This document shows positions 26,666 to 35,899 of a stretch of 64,000 nt of DNA, in pieces; position 1 is the first letter of the stretch, and every line of letters begins with the position of its first letter. The translations under genes were made by a program, and so were the position numbers. Source of the stretch: Candidatus Wolfebacteria bacterium RIFOXYB1_FULL_54_12 (GTDB lineage Bacteria; Patescibacteriota; Minisyncoccia; UBA6257; UBA9933); NCBI GenBank assembly GCA_001793895.1, contig MGIT01000001.1:106508-170507 (forward strand), read 5' to 3'. Below the pieces are notes generated by a model that was not told where the DNA came from, did not search any database, and was given only the letters and a program-made list of their open reading frames with translations.

Positions 26666-27760
26666 TCAACGCATAACCCCACCTCCGATGACAACTCCAT
26701 CGGCATCGTAAAATACGGCAGATTGTCCCACGGCAACAAACCGTTGCGGTTCATCGAATTGCAACCGATAGGCCTCACCATCGGCGACCAATGTCGCCGC
26801 AAACAACGGCTGGCGATAGCGGATGCGCACCATGACCGGAATGGACTTCGGGGGGGCTATGGCGCACATGCCCATGAAATTAAGTTCAACAAGGCCAATA
26901 TCCGCACATGCCTGCTCAAGCAAATGATCATCATGCGAAACCGTGATGACATTGCTTGCGACATCTTTTTTGACCACAAAATACGCCGGTCCGCCCCCGA
27001 CATGCAATCCGTGCCGTTGCCCGATGGTATAAAACCACACACCCTCGTGCTCGCCCACCTTCACTCCGTCGACGGTAACAATGTCGCCCTTCCGTTTCGG
27101 CAGATACTGTTCCAAAAATTCACGCAACGATATCTTCCCCAAAAAACAAATACCTTGGGAATCTTTTTTCTGCGCCGTCGGAAGTCCCGCGGCCGCCGCA
27201 ATCTCCCTGATCTTCGGCTTTTCATAGGCACCGATCGGAAACAAACAATGCCGCAGTTGCTCCTGCGTAAGCGTCCACAAAAAATAACTCTGATCTTTAT
27301 TCCCATCAATCCCTTTCTGTAATGAGTAAGTAGTTTCCTGTTTTTTGTTATCGGTTATAGGTTGTAGGTTATAGGTTGCGCTTCGCGCATAATGCCCCGT
27401 CGCCACATAATCAGCCCCCAACGCAAGCGCCTTTTGCAAAAACACGCCAAACTTGATTTCCTTGTTGCACATCACATCCGGGTTCGGGGTAATGCCGTTG
27501 CGATACCCGTTGACCAAATATTCCACCACGAATTGTTTGTATTCTTCTTCAAGATCGATGACATAAAACGGGATGCCCAAATGTTCGGCAACGCGCCGCG
27601 CATCTTCCGCTTCGCGGTCTTGGCATCCGTCCATGTTATATCCTTTAATGAACGCGCCGATCACATCATAAGTCCCCTGCTCGCGCAACAAAAAAGCGGC
27701 GACACTCGAATCGACGCCGCCCGACATCATGACAAATACTTTTGGCTTTAAACCATTCAT
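26666..27760 (-). CDS. mnmA: tRNA-specific 2-thiouridylase MnmA; an in-frame heptamer-repeat insertion encodes SATYNLQPITDN
   Basis: PP-loop MMSGGVDSSV, catalytic Cys residues, and a C-terminal beta-barrel. The insertion maps to 27347..27380. Confidence 0.9.
   Translation of the reverse strand: MNGLKPKVFVMMSGGVDSSVAAFLLREQGTYDVIGAFIKGYNMDGCQDREAEDARRVAEHLGIPFYVIDLEEEYKQFVVEYLVNGYRNGITPNPDVMCNKEIKFGVFLQKALALGADYVATGHYARSATYNLQPITDNKKQETTYSLQKGIDGNKDQSYFLWTLTQEQLRHCLFPIGAYEKPKIREIAAAAGLPTAQKKDSQGICFLGKISLREFLEQYLPKRKGDIVTVDGVKVGEHEGVWFYTIGQRHGLHVGGGPAYFVVKKDVASNVITVSHDDHLLEQACADIGLVELNFMGMCAIAPPKSIPVMVRIRYRQPLFAATLVADGEAYRLQFDEPQRFVAVGQSAVFYDADGVVIGGGVMR
27347..27380. repeat. degenerate heptamer tract (GGTTATN)n, intragenic and in frame in mnmA
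   Basis: gttatcggttataggttgtaggttataggttgcg. Confidence 0.7.
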
Positions 27761-27817
27761 ACTATCGGAAGCCTACCAAAAAAGACATAAAAGTAAACCC
27801 CCGCCGGTAAGGTGGGT

Positions 27818-28432
27818 TTATATGATGATGCTTGTCAGGCTTAATGCGGCAATAATGTATCCGGTCGATACAAGCGCGATTGCATACCCGATAAAAAACG
27901 GCAGGCCGAGCGCCGTATATGCTTCGCGCAAAAAAATGTCACGAATGAGGCTGATGACGACCACAGACAAAAACACGGCCGGCACGAACACCACAAAATG
28001 CGGCCACCCGACAACAAGTGCCAGCAACGCCCCAAGTTCCACTTCGCCTTCTTCAAAATAACGCGGATTATGCGCTCGCAACGCGCGCAGTACCGCAAAA
28101 AACAGCAAGGCCGCACCGATGGACACGATCGCGTTGAGCCAAAAATGGGTCCAACTGTAGTGCAACAGAACGGCAACGCTTTGATGTGGCGGCAGAAAAA
28201 ATCGCGTAAGTTCGGTTCGCATCCATGCATAATATTGCAATGCCGTTCGCACCCCCGCGAACAATAATCGAAAGACCGCGACGCCGAATGCAAATCGCAA
28301 GAATATGCGCCGTCTATCCGCCATTGGCCTGTAATACATAACGCATACCGCAATGGCAACCGCAAAAAGAGCGCCGGTGCGCACCCAATCGATCGAAGAA
28401 GAGAATAGAAACTGTAAAAATGATTCGCGCAT
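27818..28432 (-). CDS. polytopic membrane protein, possibly prepilin-peptidase (A24)-like
   Basis: 204 aa with multiple TM segments. The GEVELGALLALVVGW segment resembles the A24 motif GDVKLLAALGAWLGW, with D replaced by E. Confidence 0.35.
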   Translation of the reverse strand: MRESFLQFLFSSSIDWVRTGALFAVAIAVCVMYYRPMADRRRIFLRFAFGVAVFRLLFAGVRTALQYYAWMRTELTRFFLPPHQSVAVLLHYSWTHFWLNAIVSIGAALLFFAVLRALRAHNPRYFEEGEVELGALLALVVGWPHFVVFVPAVFLSVVVISLIRDIFLREAYTALGLPFFIGYAIALVSTGYIIAALSLTSIII

Positions 28433-28439
28433 GCGATCG

Positions 28440-29009
28440 TTACGCTTTTTCCACGCGCTCGGCGTACTCGCCAGTCTGCGTATTTACACGAATGATGTCG
28501 TTTTCGTTGATGAACATGGGTACATTCACCTTTGCGCCTGATTCAAGGACCACGACCTTAGTGCCGCCTTGTGCGGTATTGCCCTTGATGGCCGGAGGAG
28601 CTTCCGCAACCCGGTATTCCATTTTGACCGGCAACCGCACGGCGAATATCTTTTCGTTAAAAATAAGGGCGACCACTTCCATATCCGCCTTTAGAAAATC
28701 TTTTTGATCGCCGACAGTTTCTTCGGTCAAGCTGAACCGCTTGCCCGGATTTGCCGATTCGCAAAACCAAAACTCGCCTTTACTTGCATACAGATATTTC
28801 GATTTCAATTCTTCCACTTCGGCTTCTTCAAATTCGTCGGCCGGCTTAAAGTTGCGCGACAGCACCTGGCCGGTGCGCAGATTCTTCAATTTCGTCTGCA
28901 CGGAAGAACCTCCCCGTCCGACGTGCTGATGCGATATCTCGATCACGGTGAACGGATCTCCGTCCATAATGATAGAACTTCCTTTTTCCAAGTCGTTGAT
29001 GTCAAGCAT
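28440..29009 (-). CDS. efp: elongation factor P
   Basis: MLDINDLEKGSSIIMDGDPFTVIEISHQHVGRGGSSVQTKLKNLRTGQ. Confidence 0.9.
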   Translation of the reverse strand: MLDINDLEKGSSIIMDGDPFTVIEISHQHVGRGGSSVQTKLKNLRTGQVLSRNFKPADEFEEAEVEELKSKYLYASKGEFWFCESANPGKRFSLTEETVGDQKDFLKADMEVVALIFNEKIFAVRLPVKMEYRVAEAPPAIKGNTAQGGTKVVVLESGAKVNVPMFINENDIIRVNTQTGEYAERVEKA

Positions 29010-29026
29010 GTATTGTTTATAATCTC

Positions 29027-29088
29027 TGTCATTCCCGCGGAGGCGGGAATCTATTTAATACTGGATTCCCGCCTCCGCGGGAATGACA
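29027..29088. repeat. TGTCATTCC nested-palindrome element: canonical perfect composite
   Basis: tgtcattcccgcggaggcgggaatc tatttaatactgg attcccgcctccgcgggaatgaca. The terminal inverted repeats are perfect. Confidence 0.9.
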
Positions 29089-29106
29089 ACCTTTCTGATT
29101 CACTTA

Positions 29107-30843
29107 TTACAAATCCCCCTTCTCGCTCTTGTGTGGTTGCTTTGGTCGTTCTTCGGGGGTAGCTTCTTTTCTTTTTTGTAATGATTCTTCGATTGCCTTT
29201 TTCAGGTCATCAATATTGACCGCCTTTTTCTCGAACACATGTTTTGGCCTATCCTGCGGCATACTGCGAAGTCTATCGTCCATCGCTGGGCGATGCGGCA
29301 CAGGGCTGGCGCCACGATCTCCGCTAAATGGCCGCACGCTCGTCGGCCTATCGGTCAACGGCCCGTCCTGGGATGCCCGCGCAAACGACGGTCTGTCCTG
29401 CCTGCCCGCCGTAGTGTTAGCGGAGGAGGAATCCGCCGGCTGGCGGACGAAGGGTTTACGCTCGAAAGAAGGCTTCGGCGCTTGCGCACGAGGGGTTAGA
29501 GTCGAGCTCAACGACCGCTCGTCACGGCGCATAACCTTATCTGCCATGGATGTCTTACCCGACCCCATATATTCCTTGGCGATCATTTCATCCACCAACG
29601 CCTTAGGCATGGAATAATTTCTGCGGGAGTTTTCAATAATGACATCCTCGTAATTCGGCTGCGGGATTGGATACGGCGGCAAGGTCTCTGCCGAAAATGG
29701 TCTCGATGCCTGGCCGTCAACCAACAATTTAAGGTAAATATGCCGGTTTGACAAGCCGATCATATCTTGCGGCGTAAACTCGGGTTCGAATTCCTTTTCA
29801 AAAAATACGGCGTCGATGGCGCCAACGCGAAACATAGCCAAGGTGCCAATGTTGCCGACGATTGCCTCTGCAAGCCCTTCTTCTTTTTTAAGCTGATCGA
29901 CATACTGGTGGGCCAGCGTCAAGCCAAGTCCGTATTTGCGCGCCTCGGCGAAGATCTTCGTAAATGAACCGGTAGAAAAGTTTTGAAACTCGTCGATGTA
30001 CAAAAAGAACGGCCTGCGTTCGCTCTCGGGAATATCGATGCGGCTCATGGCGGCAAGCTGGATTTTGGTAATGATCATGGCGCCGAGCAATGCGGAATTG
30101 TCTTCGCCGAGACGGCCCTGCGAAAGATTGCAGATCAATATCTTGCCTTCATCCATTGCCTTGCGCATGTCGATGGTCGACTTCGGCTGGCCGATGATGT
30201 TACGGATGACCGGATTGGAACTGAACTGCCCTACCTTGTTCTGCAACGGTGCAATGGCCTCGGTCATGAACTTGTCGGTATATTTTGCAAATTCGTTTTC
30301 CCAGAACGACTTAATGACCGGGTCCTTTAAATTGGAAACGACCTTCAGGCGGTACTCTTTCTCCGCAAGCATGCGCATAATACTCAGTAAGGTCGTTCCC
30401 GGATATTCCAAAAGCGCCAACAGGGTATTGTTCAAAATATATTCCATGCGCGCAGACCATGCGTCCACCCAGATTTTTTGAAACACACCCATCACCGCCG
30501 ACGCGACAAGGTGCGCATGTTCGTCACCGACGCGTTCAAGCGGATTAAATCCGACCGGATTTTCGATATCGGCCGGATTGACATAAATGACATCCTTGAT
30601 GCGGTCTTCTGGCACATGCTTAAGCAACTCTTCGACGAATTCGCCATGCGGGTCGAGCACGGCAACACCAAATCCGTTCTTGATGTCGTTGATCATCAAG
30701 TTTTTCATCATGGTGGTCTTACCCGTGCCGCTCTTCCCGACGATGTACATATGCCGCAGGCGGTCGTTCATTTTGATGCCAAAATTAACGCTTTGATTGC
30801 GAAAATTCGTCTTTGCAAAAATTGAAATTTCTTTGTTGCTCAT
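29107..30843 (-). CDS. TraG/TraD/VirD4-family (type IV secretion coupling-protein-like) P-loop ATPase with a low-complexity C-terminal tail
   Basis: Walker A (IVGKSGTGKTT), Walker B-like (FLYIDEFQNF), and a C-terminal Pro/Ser/Arg-rich tail of about 150 aa. The alternative start at 30858 (MTNSPM) lies inside the repeat TIR. Confidence 0.6.
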   Translation of the reverse strand: MSNKEISIFAKTNFRNQSVNFGIKMNDRLRHMYIVGKSGTGKTTMMKNLMINDIKNGFGVAVLDPHGEFVEELLKHVPEDRIKDVIYVNPADIENPVGFNPLERVGDEHAHLVASAVMGVFQKIWVDAWSARMEYILNNTLLALLEYPGTTLLSIMRMLAEKEYRLKVVSNLKDPVIKSFWENEFAKYTDKFMTEAIAPLQNKVGQFSSNPVIRNIIGQPKSTIDMRKAMDEGKILICNLSQGRLGEDNSALLGAMIITKIQLAAMSRIDIPESERRPFFLYIDEFQNFSTGSFTKIFAEARKYGLGLTLAHQYVDQLKKEEGLAEAIVGNIGTLAMFRVGAIDAVFFEKEFEPEFTPQDMIGLSNRHIYLKLLVDGQASRPFSAETLPPYPIPQPNYEDVIIENSRRNYSMPKALVDEMIAKEYMGSGKTSMADKVMRRDERSLSSTLTPRAQAPKPSFERKPFVRQPADSSSANTTAGRQDRPSFARASQDGPLTDRPTSVRPFSGDRGASPVPHRPAMDDRLRSMPQDRPKHVFEKKAVNIDDLKKAIEESLQKRKEATPEERPKQPHKSEKGDL

Positions 30844-30852
30844 AGGGCTATT

Positions 30853-30990
30853 TGTCATTCCGAATTTATTTCGGAATCTCGTGGTAAAATGCCAAGATCC
30901 TGTATCCGTCAGCCGACGAACGGAAGGATCTGTTTTGCATTGTCATACCGGCGGGTGAGGGCCTGTCCTCGACCTGATCGGGGACCTGTC
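30853..30990. repeat. TGTCATTCC-family elements, degenerate cluster
   Basis: tgtcattccgaatttatttcggaatc ... atcctgtatccgtcagccgacgaacggaaggatc ... tgtcataccggcgggtgagggcc... Confidence 0.6.
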
Positions 30991-31030
30991 AATTTCGTGC
31001 GATACGCACACCATAATAATGCATTCTAAT

Positions 31031-31123
31031 TCCGTTATCCGTTATCGGTCATCCGTTTTCGTTTTCGGTTATAGGTTATTAGTTGTAGGTTTTAGGTTAT
31101 TGGTTATCAGTCATTGGTTATTC
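31031..31123. repeat. degenerate heptamer tract (GGTTATN)n, about 13 units
   Basis: ccgttatccgttatcggtcatccgttttcgttttcggttataggttattagttgtaggttttaggttattggttatcagtcattggttat. Confidence 0.7.
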
Positions 31124-32461
31124 TATCGGCAAATTCTCCGGAGGCTCGCCTTTCTTTGCCTCGATACGGCGCATACTCGGCGCGGTAACCAACGATGACG
31201 GAACATGGTAAAGCGTAGCCAACTCTTCTATGGAAAAGACGGGAGCCTTCTTTATCATGATCCGCTGGCGGTATGCAAAGAACATTGCCCTCTTTTTCAA
31301 AAATTCCTGATGCTTTTTCCACGCCGGAAACAGCCATGCCTTGAAACCTTTCGGCGGGTTTACCGACGTATCCCTGTTTGGCTTGAACGAATTGATATGC
31401 TGGGAACCGAATTGCTTGAATGAGCCGATGATCCCCCCTATATAGGACTTATGAAACGTTTCCTGCCGATCGATAAACACTGCACGCACGCTCACTTCAT
31501 AGCACAGTTTGGATATTTTTCCTTCAATGCCTTCAAGTACTTCCTTTTCAGAAAAGCTCAAAGACGCAATCGTCTTGGGTGGAGCGTCGGATTTTTTCGG
31601 CGGCTCGGGCCATTCCGGAGTGCTTATGAATACAAGAAAAAAATTCTTGATCCACATGACAAGATGATCAAATATGCTCAATTTAGGAGCGACCTTCACC
31701 TCACGGCCTAACATTTTATCGACGATCGCCTGTCCCTTCTTTTTGTAGTCGCTCGTTTTTTCGCCGGTCGGCTTGGATATATATTGCACGAAGATCATTT
31801 CATTCTCGCGGAGCTTCGACATGGTTTCCAAAATGACCGTAAGCGGATCAAGTCGTTGCTCTTCCTCTTTCTCTTCAAAATAGGCGTATGTCTTAATCGG
31901 ATATGCGCTGTCTTTGTCGAGAACCATATCGACGCCCCATACATCATAAACATCGTTGGGCAACATCATCGGCAAGAAGCTGAGATAGTCTTCGACAAGG
32001 GCTATTTCCGCGGCGGGATATTGCGCAAACAATGCGGACTCCACCAAATTGCGGTGCTCGGCAGGTACGCGCACATAAAAATATACACCGCCGCTTCGCC
32101 CGACCATTTCAAACGAAAGGGCGTTTTGAACCTTCCCTTTGATATTTTCATCCCACCATTTGATCTCGCCGGCATAGGTGCCATGTACCGTGGCAAACAC
32201 CTGTTCCATGGATTTCGGACTGCGCAAATTTTCCTTGGGGATGCGCAATTCAAGCACGACCCACTTTTGCGCCTTCTTTGCCGCTTTTTTGTTCGAGTCG
32301 ATGTACAGGTCCCAAAGATAGAACGCCAAAACAACCGGAACGACGGCCCACCATACGTACGAAAAGACCTCGCCAATGCTTTGCGCAATGCCAAGGATGA
32401 TATTCTGCACGACCGGTGTGATCGAAAAATAGTCCAGTAGAAAGTCTGAAATGTTTGCCAT
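31118..32461 (-). CDS. hypothetical membrane-anchored protein encoded directly upstream of the TraG-like ATPase
   Basis: 447 aa with an N-terminal TM (VVQNIILGIAQSIGEVFSYVWWAVVPVVLAFYLW). The soluble domain has no recognizable motif. Confidence 0.45.
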   Translation of the reverse strand: MANISDFLLDYFSITPVVQNIILGIAQSIGEVFSYVWWAVVPVVLAFYLWDLYIDSNKKAAKKAQKWVVLELRIPKENLRSPKSMEQVFATVHGTYAGEIKWWDENIKGKVQNALSFEMVGRSGGVYFYVRVPAEHRNLVESALFAQYPAAEIALVEDYLSFLPMMLPNDVYDVWGVDMVLDKDSAYPIKTYAYFEEKEEEQRLDPLTVILETMSKLRENEMIFVQYISKPTGEKTSDYKKKGQAIVDKMLGREVKVAPKLSIFDHLVMWIKNFFLVFISTPEWPEPPKKSDAPPKTIASLSFSEKEVLEGIEGKISKLCYEVSVRAVFIDRQETFHKSYIGGIIGSFKQFGSQHINSFKPNRDTSVNPPKGFKAWLFPAWKKHQEFLKKRAMFFAYRQRIMIKKAPVFSIEELATLYHVPSSLVTAPSMRRIEAKKGEPPENLPIE

Positions 32462-32524
32462 GTATCTCTTTTAGTATATCGCAAAATGGTCCAACAAAAA
32501 AGAGACACTCGTCTCTTTTTTGCA

Positions 32525-32575
32525 TTCCGTTATCCGTTATCCGTTTTCGGTTATTGGTTATTGGTTATCCGTTAT
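32525..32575. repeat. degenerate heptamer tract (GGTTATN)n
   Basis: tccgttatccgttatccgttttcggttattggttattggttatccgttatt. Confidence 0.7.
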
Positions 32576-33619
32576 TTACGCAACATGATATGTTCCGTTG
32601 TCCAATCGTTTGAAATATTTTTTGTTCTGCAAGTTAAGCAGAATGGTGTTTTCCTTCAAGAATCGCTGAGAGGAAACCAACTGCACGACCTCATGCTGGG
32701 CAAGCGGGCCATTGTCAACAAGCACCTGCTTGATGACGTCCTTTGCCGTACCCGGGAAAAATCCATGCTCGGTCAAACCATACATACCGCGACCTACAAG
32801 GACAAATCGTCCATCCTTGATCAATTCATTATGGATCGTCTGTGCATACACCGGCTTTTTATCGAACCCGACCGAATTGATCGTAGTGGCGATATCGCGG
32901 AAGTGCATCGGCTTGCCATGCTTGCGCAAGATAAGATATGCCTTTGCGCGCGCGGTCTTCGGCGTGATCTCTTCCCAATGGGAAAGACCAAAGTCGGAAT
33001 ACGGATTCACGGAAAACTGTTTCGAGATGCCGAGGTAGTTCATGCCGACGGCGCGGTCGACGTTCGAAGCGGTCGCAACCTGCTTGAAGTGCGGATCGAA
33101 TTGACCCTTGAAGACTATTTCTTCTTTCTTGCCGCCAAAGAACTTGACCGCCTTTTCAATGAAAGTCTCTGCCTTTTTGACGACAGCCTTGTCCGAAGCC
33201 CAAAACCCATAGGAATGATCGCTTTCAGCATGGTACATCGGCTCGCCGGCAATGCGGAAAAGGAAGCGGAACTGATACTTGTTCACGGTCGCATCTTTCA
33301 ACACCGTGCGCATGTCTTCGACAAAATCATCTTCCTTGCGAACGCCGCCCAAGGCAACGAGTTGCTCCTTGGCGATTTGCACCAGGCGATCGCCGCCTGC
33401 ATCGCTAAAACGTTCCCGCGCCAAACGAAGCCCTTCTGCCTCTATCTGGCGCACGCGCTCACGGGTAATGCCGTTGCGTTCGCCGAGTTCCTGCAGGGTC
33501 TTTTCCTGTCCATCGCGAAGTCCAAAACGTTCCTCGACTATTTCTCGCTGTCGAGCGGACAATGCGTGCGTTACCTGTTCGATGATATTGCCTGTGTTCT
33601 TCATAAGAGTTGAATCCAA
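32576..33619 (-). CDS. hypothetical protein with an N-terminal sigma-70 region-4-like HTH
   Basis: LSARQREIVEERFGL...TLQELGERNGITRERVRQIEAEGLRLAR, followed by a domain of about 270 aa with no known motif. Confidence 0.45.
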   Translation of the reverse strand: MDSTLMKNTGNIIEQVTHALSARQREIVEERFGLRDGQEKTLQELGERNGITRERVRQIEAEGLRLARERFSDAGGDRLVQIAKEQLVALGGVRKEDDFVEDMRTVLKDATVNKYQFRFLFRIAGEPMYHAESDHSYGFWASDKAVVKKAETFIEKAVKFFGGKKEEIVFKGQFDPHFKQVATASNVDRAVGMNYLGISKQFSVNPYSDFGLSHWEEITPKTARAKAYLILRKHGKPMHFRDIATTINSVGFDKKPVYAQTIHNELIKDGRFVLVGRGMYGLTEHGFFPGTAKDVIKQVLVDNGPLAQHEVVQLVSSQRFLKENTILLNLQNKKYFKRLDNGTYHVA

Positions 33620-33634
33620 TCTACCGATTAGTGA

Positions 33635-34534
33635 TTAAACTTTACTTAATTTACGGGATAATGTCAAGAGGGGGCTCGCCACGAAGATCGAGGAGTAAGT
33701 TCCCATGGCAATGCCGATCAATAGGGTCAAAACAAAGTACTGCAAGGTAGCGGGCCCGTAAAAATACATAGCCACCAAAACAATCAAAACGGTCAATGAC
33801 GTGTTAATGGAACGGGCGATCGTTTGGTTGACGCTCTTATTTACGACGTCGGAAAACGAAGTATTCCCGCTGTGGTTAAGCACGTTTTCACGGATCCGAT
33901 CAAACACCACAATGGTGTCGTGAACGGAAAAGCCCATGACCACAAGCAACGCGACGATGAAATTCGTGTCGATCTCGACGCCAAACTTCCAACCCAAAAA
34001 GGCAAAGAAGCCTGCGGGTACGATCACGTCATGCAACAAGGTGATCAGCGTGATGATGCCGTACTTCCATGATTTCACCGGATAGGAAACCTTACGGAAC
34101 GCATAGGTCACGTACAGTGAGATGCCCAAAACGACATACAGCATTGCCCACAATGCCTTGTTGCGCAATTCCTGCCCCACGGTCGCACCGATGGACTGAA
34201 ACTGTCCTTCTTCGATGATTCCAAAGCGGGTGCGCATATCCTGCAAGTGCTGTTGATGTACGACCTCGGAAATGGCCGGCATGCGGATCAAATAGCTTCC
34301 ATCTTCGACGGGAAACATGGTGAAATTTTTATCTTCGAGCGTGGTGCCCAAAAAATCTTTCAGTGCGGTTTCGTTCATGACGACCTCGCCGGAAACCTGC
34401 CTTACCTGCCACATCGTTCCCCCGCGGAAATCAATGCCGGTCTTCAGACCGAATATGGCGAGCGCGGCGATGCTCACGATAATCAAGATCGTCGAGAAGC
34501 CGAGAAACCATGCTTTGTGTTTTATGATATTCAT
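33635..34534 (-). CDS. secF: protein translocase subunit SecF
   Basis: 299 aa with the SecD/SecF C-terminal 6-TM domain. Confidence 0.85.
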   Translation of the reverse strand: MNIIKHKAWFLGFSTILIIVSIAALAIFGLKTGIDFRGGTMWQVRQVSGEVVMNETALKDFLGTTLEDKNFTMFPVEDGSYLIRMPAISEVVHQQHLQDMRTRFGIIEEGQFQSIGATVGQELRNKALWAMLYVVLGISLYVTYAFRKVSYPVKSWKYGIITLITLLHDVIVPAGFFAFLGWKFGVEIDTNFIVALLVVMGFSVHDTIVVFDRIRENVLNHSGNTSFSDVVNKSVNQTIARSINTSLTVLIVLVAMYFYGPATLQYFVLTLLIGIAMGTYSSIFVASPLLTLSRKLSKV

Positions 34535-34555
34535 AGACCGATTAAATGATGACGA

Positions 34556-35800
34556 TTAGTGCTTCTTTGTTTTTAGCGAAAACACATGCATGAGCAACCG
34601 GGTCACGGTAATGGCCGAGAACATGCTGACCAATACGCCGATGCCGAGTGTCAACGCAAATCCTTTCACAAAGCTGGATGTGGTAAAGAACAGAATCAAG
34701 CAGGTAATGCCCGTTGAAACGTTCGAATCGCGAATGGAAGACCACGCACGACGAAACCCTTCTTCAACCGCGGCCGATTTGGAAAGCCCGCGCTTCAGCT
34801 CTTCTTTGGTGCGCTCGAAAATAAGGATGTTCGCGTCCACGGCCATGCCGATGGAAAGTATGTAGCCCGCAATACCCGCAAGGGTCATGGTAATGCCCAA
34901 TTTGAAGATCGCGGCGGACAGTGCGATGTAAATGACCAATGCAACGGACGAATAGAGACCAAACCCGCGATAGTACGCGAGCATAAACAATATGATGGCG
35001 ATGGTGCCAAGATACCCGGCCTTGATCGCGTTCTTCAGCGATTCCTGGCCAAGGCTTGCGCCGACGGTCTGCTGGCTGATGAGCGACATCGGAGCGGACA
35101 ATGCGCCCGCGTTAAAACGCTCCACCATTTTGCGCGCTTCATCGGAAGTGAATTTGCCCGTGATCTGTGCGGTTCCGCCGGAGATCTTTTCCCGTACGGT
35201 CGGCACTTCGATAGGCTCTCCATCCAAAAAGATCGCAATCGGTTTGCCGATGTTGCGGGCGGTCAATTCTTCAAACAACGCGGCGCCTTCGTCATTGAAT
35301 TCAAGGCTTACGCTCGGCGTGCCAAGCGTTTGATCGAACGTCATCTGCGCATTTTTCAAATAACGGCCGGTGAGGCTGGTCGGCAAAAATGCGGTCGATG
35401 TGCCGACCTCATACACCTCACGAAAATCAAGCATCGGAGTTTCGCCGATCTGCTTGATGGCCTCCTCTACGGGAATGCCCGCGAGCTCCACGATCAATCG
35501 ATGCGACTCGCCTTCTTTCGCGGTAACGACCTGCGGCTCGCTGACGCCGAACATATTCACGCGACGTTCGATGACATCCTTGAGTCCGTTCATGACGGAA
35601 TCGCGATCTTTTACTTCGACGCTGGACATGTCGACCTCGTATACCAAATGGGAACCACCTACCAGATCAAGCCCCAGCCTCCATGGAGCGATCCTTGAAC
35701 CAAAATCAAACGGTTTTTTCGATATTGGGAGAACAAACACTGCGGCCAACACGGCCACAACGGCAATACCGGTTAAGATAAGTTTTGCGTATGTTTTCAC
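34556..35800 (-). CDS. secD: protein translocase subunit SecD
   Basis: 414 aa with an N-terminal TM, a periplasmic domain, and a C-terminal 6-TM domain. Confidence 0.85.
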   Translation of the reverse strand: MKTYAKLILTGIAVVAVLAAVFVLPISKKPFDFGSRIAPWRLGLDLVGGSHLVYEVDMSSVEVKDRDSVMNGLKDVIERRVNMFGVSEPQVVTAKEGESHRLIVELAGIPVEEAIKQIGETPMLDFREVYEVGTSTAFLPTSLTGRYLKNAQMTFDQTLGTPSVSLEFNDEGAALFEELTARNIGKPIAIFLDGEPIEVPTVREKISGGTAQITGKFTSDEARKMVERFNAGALSAPMSLISQQTVGASLGQESLKNAIKAGYLGTIAIILFMLAYYRGFGLYSSVALVIYIALSAAIFKLGITMTLAGIAGYILSIGMAVDANILIFERTKEELKRGLSKSAAVEEGFRRAWSSIRDSNVSTGITCLILFFTTSSFVKGFALTLGIGVLVSMFSAITVTRLLMHVFSLKTKKH

Positions 35801-35899
35801 GATGAAAAGAATATATCACAAAAAATAAAAGGGTGCAAGAAACGGCGCAAAAAAAGAGGGGCCGAAGCCCCTCCATATGGTTTTACCGGTAGACCGGTG

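Noticed and set aside
32486-33613. 375 aa plus-strand ORF.
   Set aside because: Antisense to the HTH-protein gene 32576..33619. It has no motifs.
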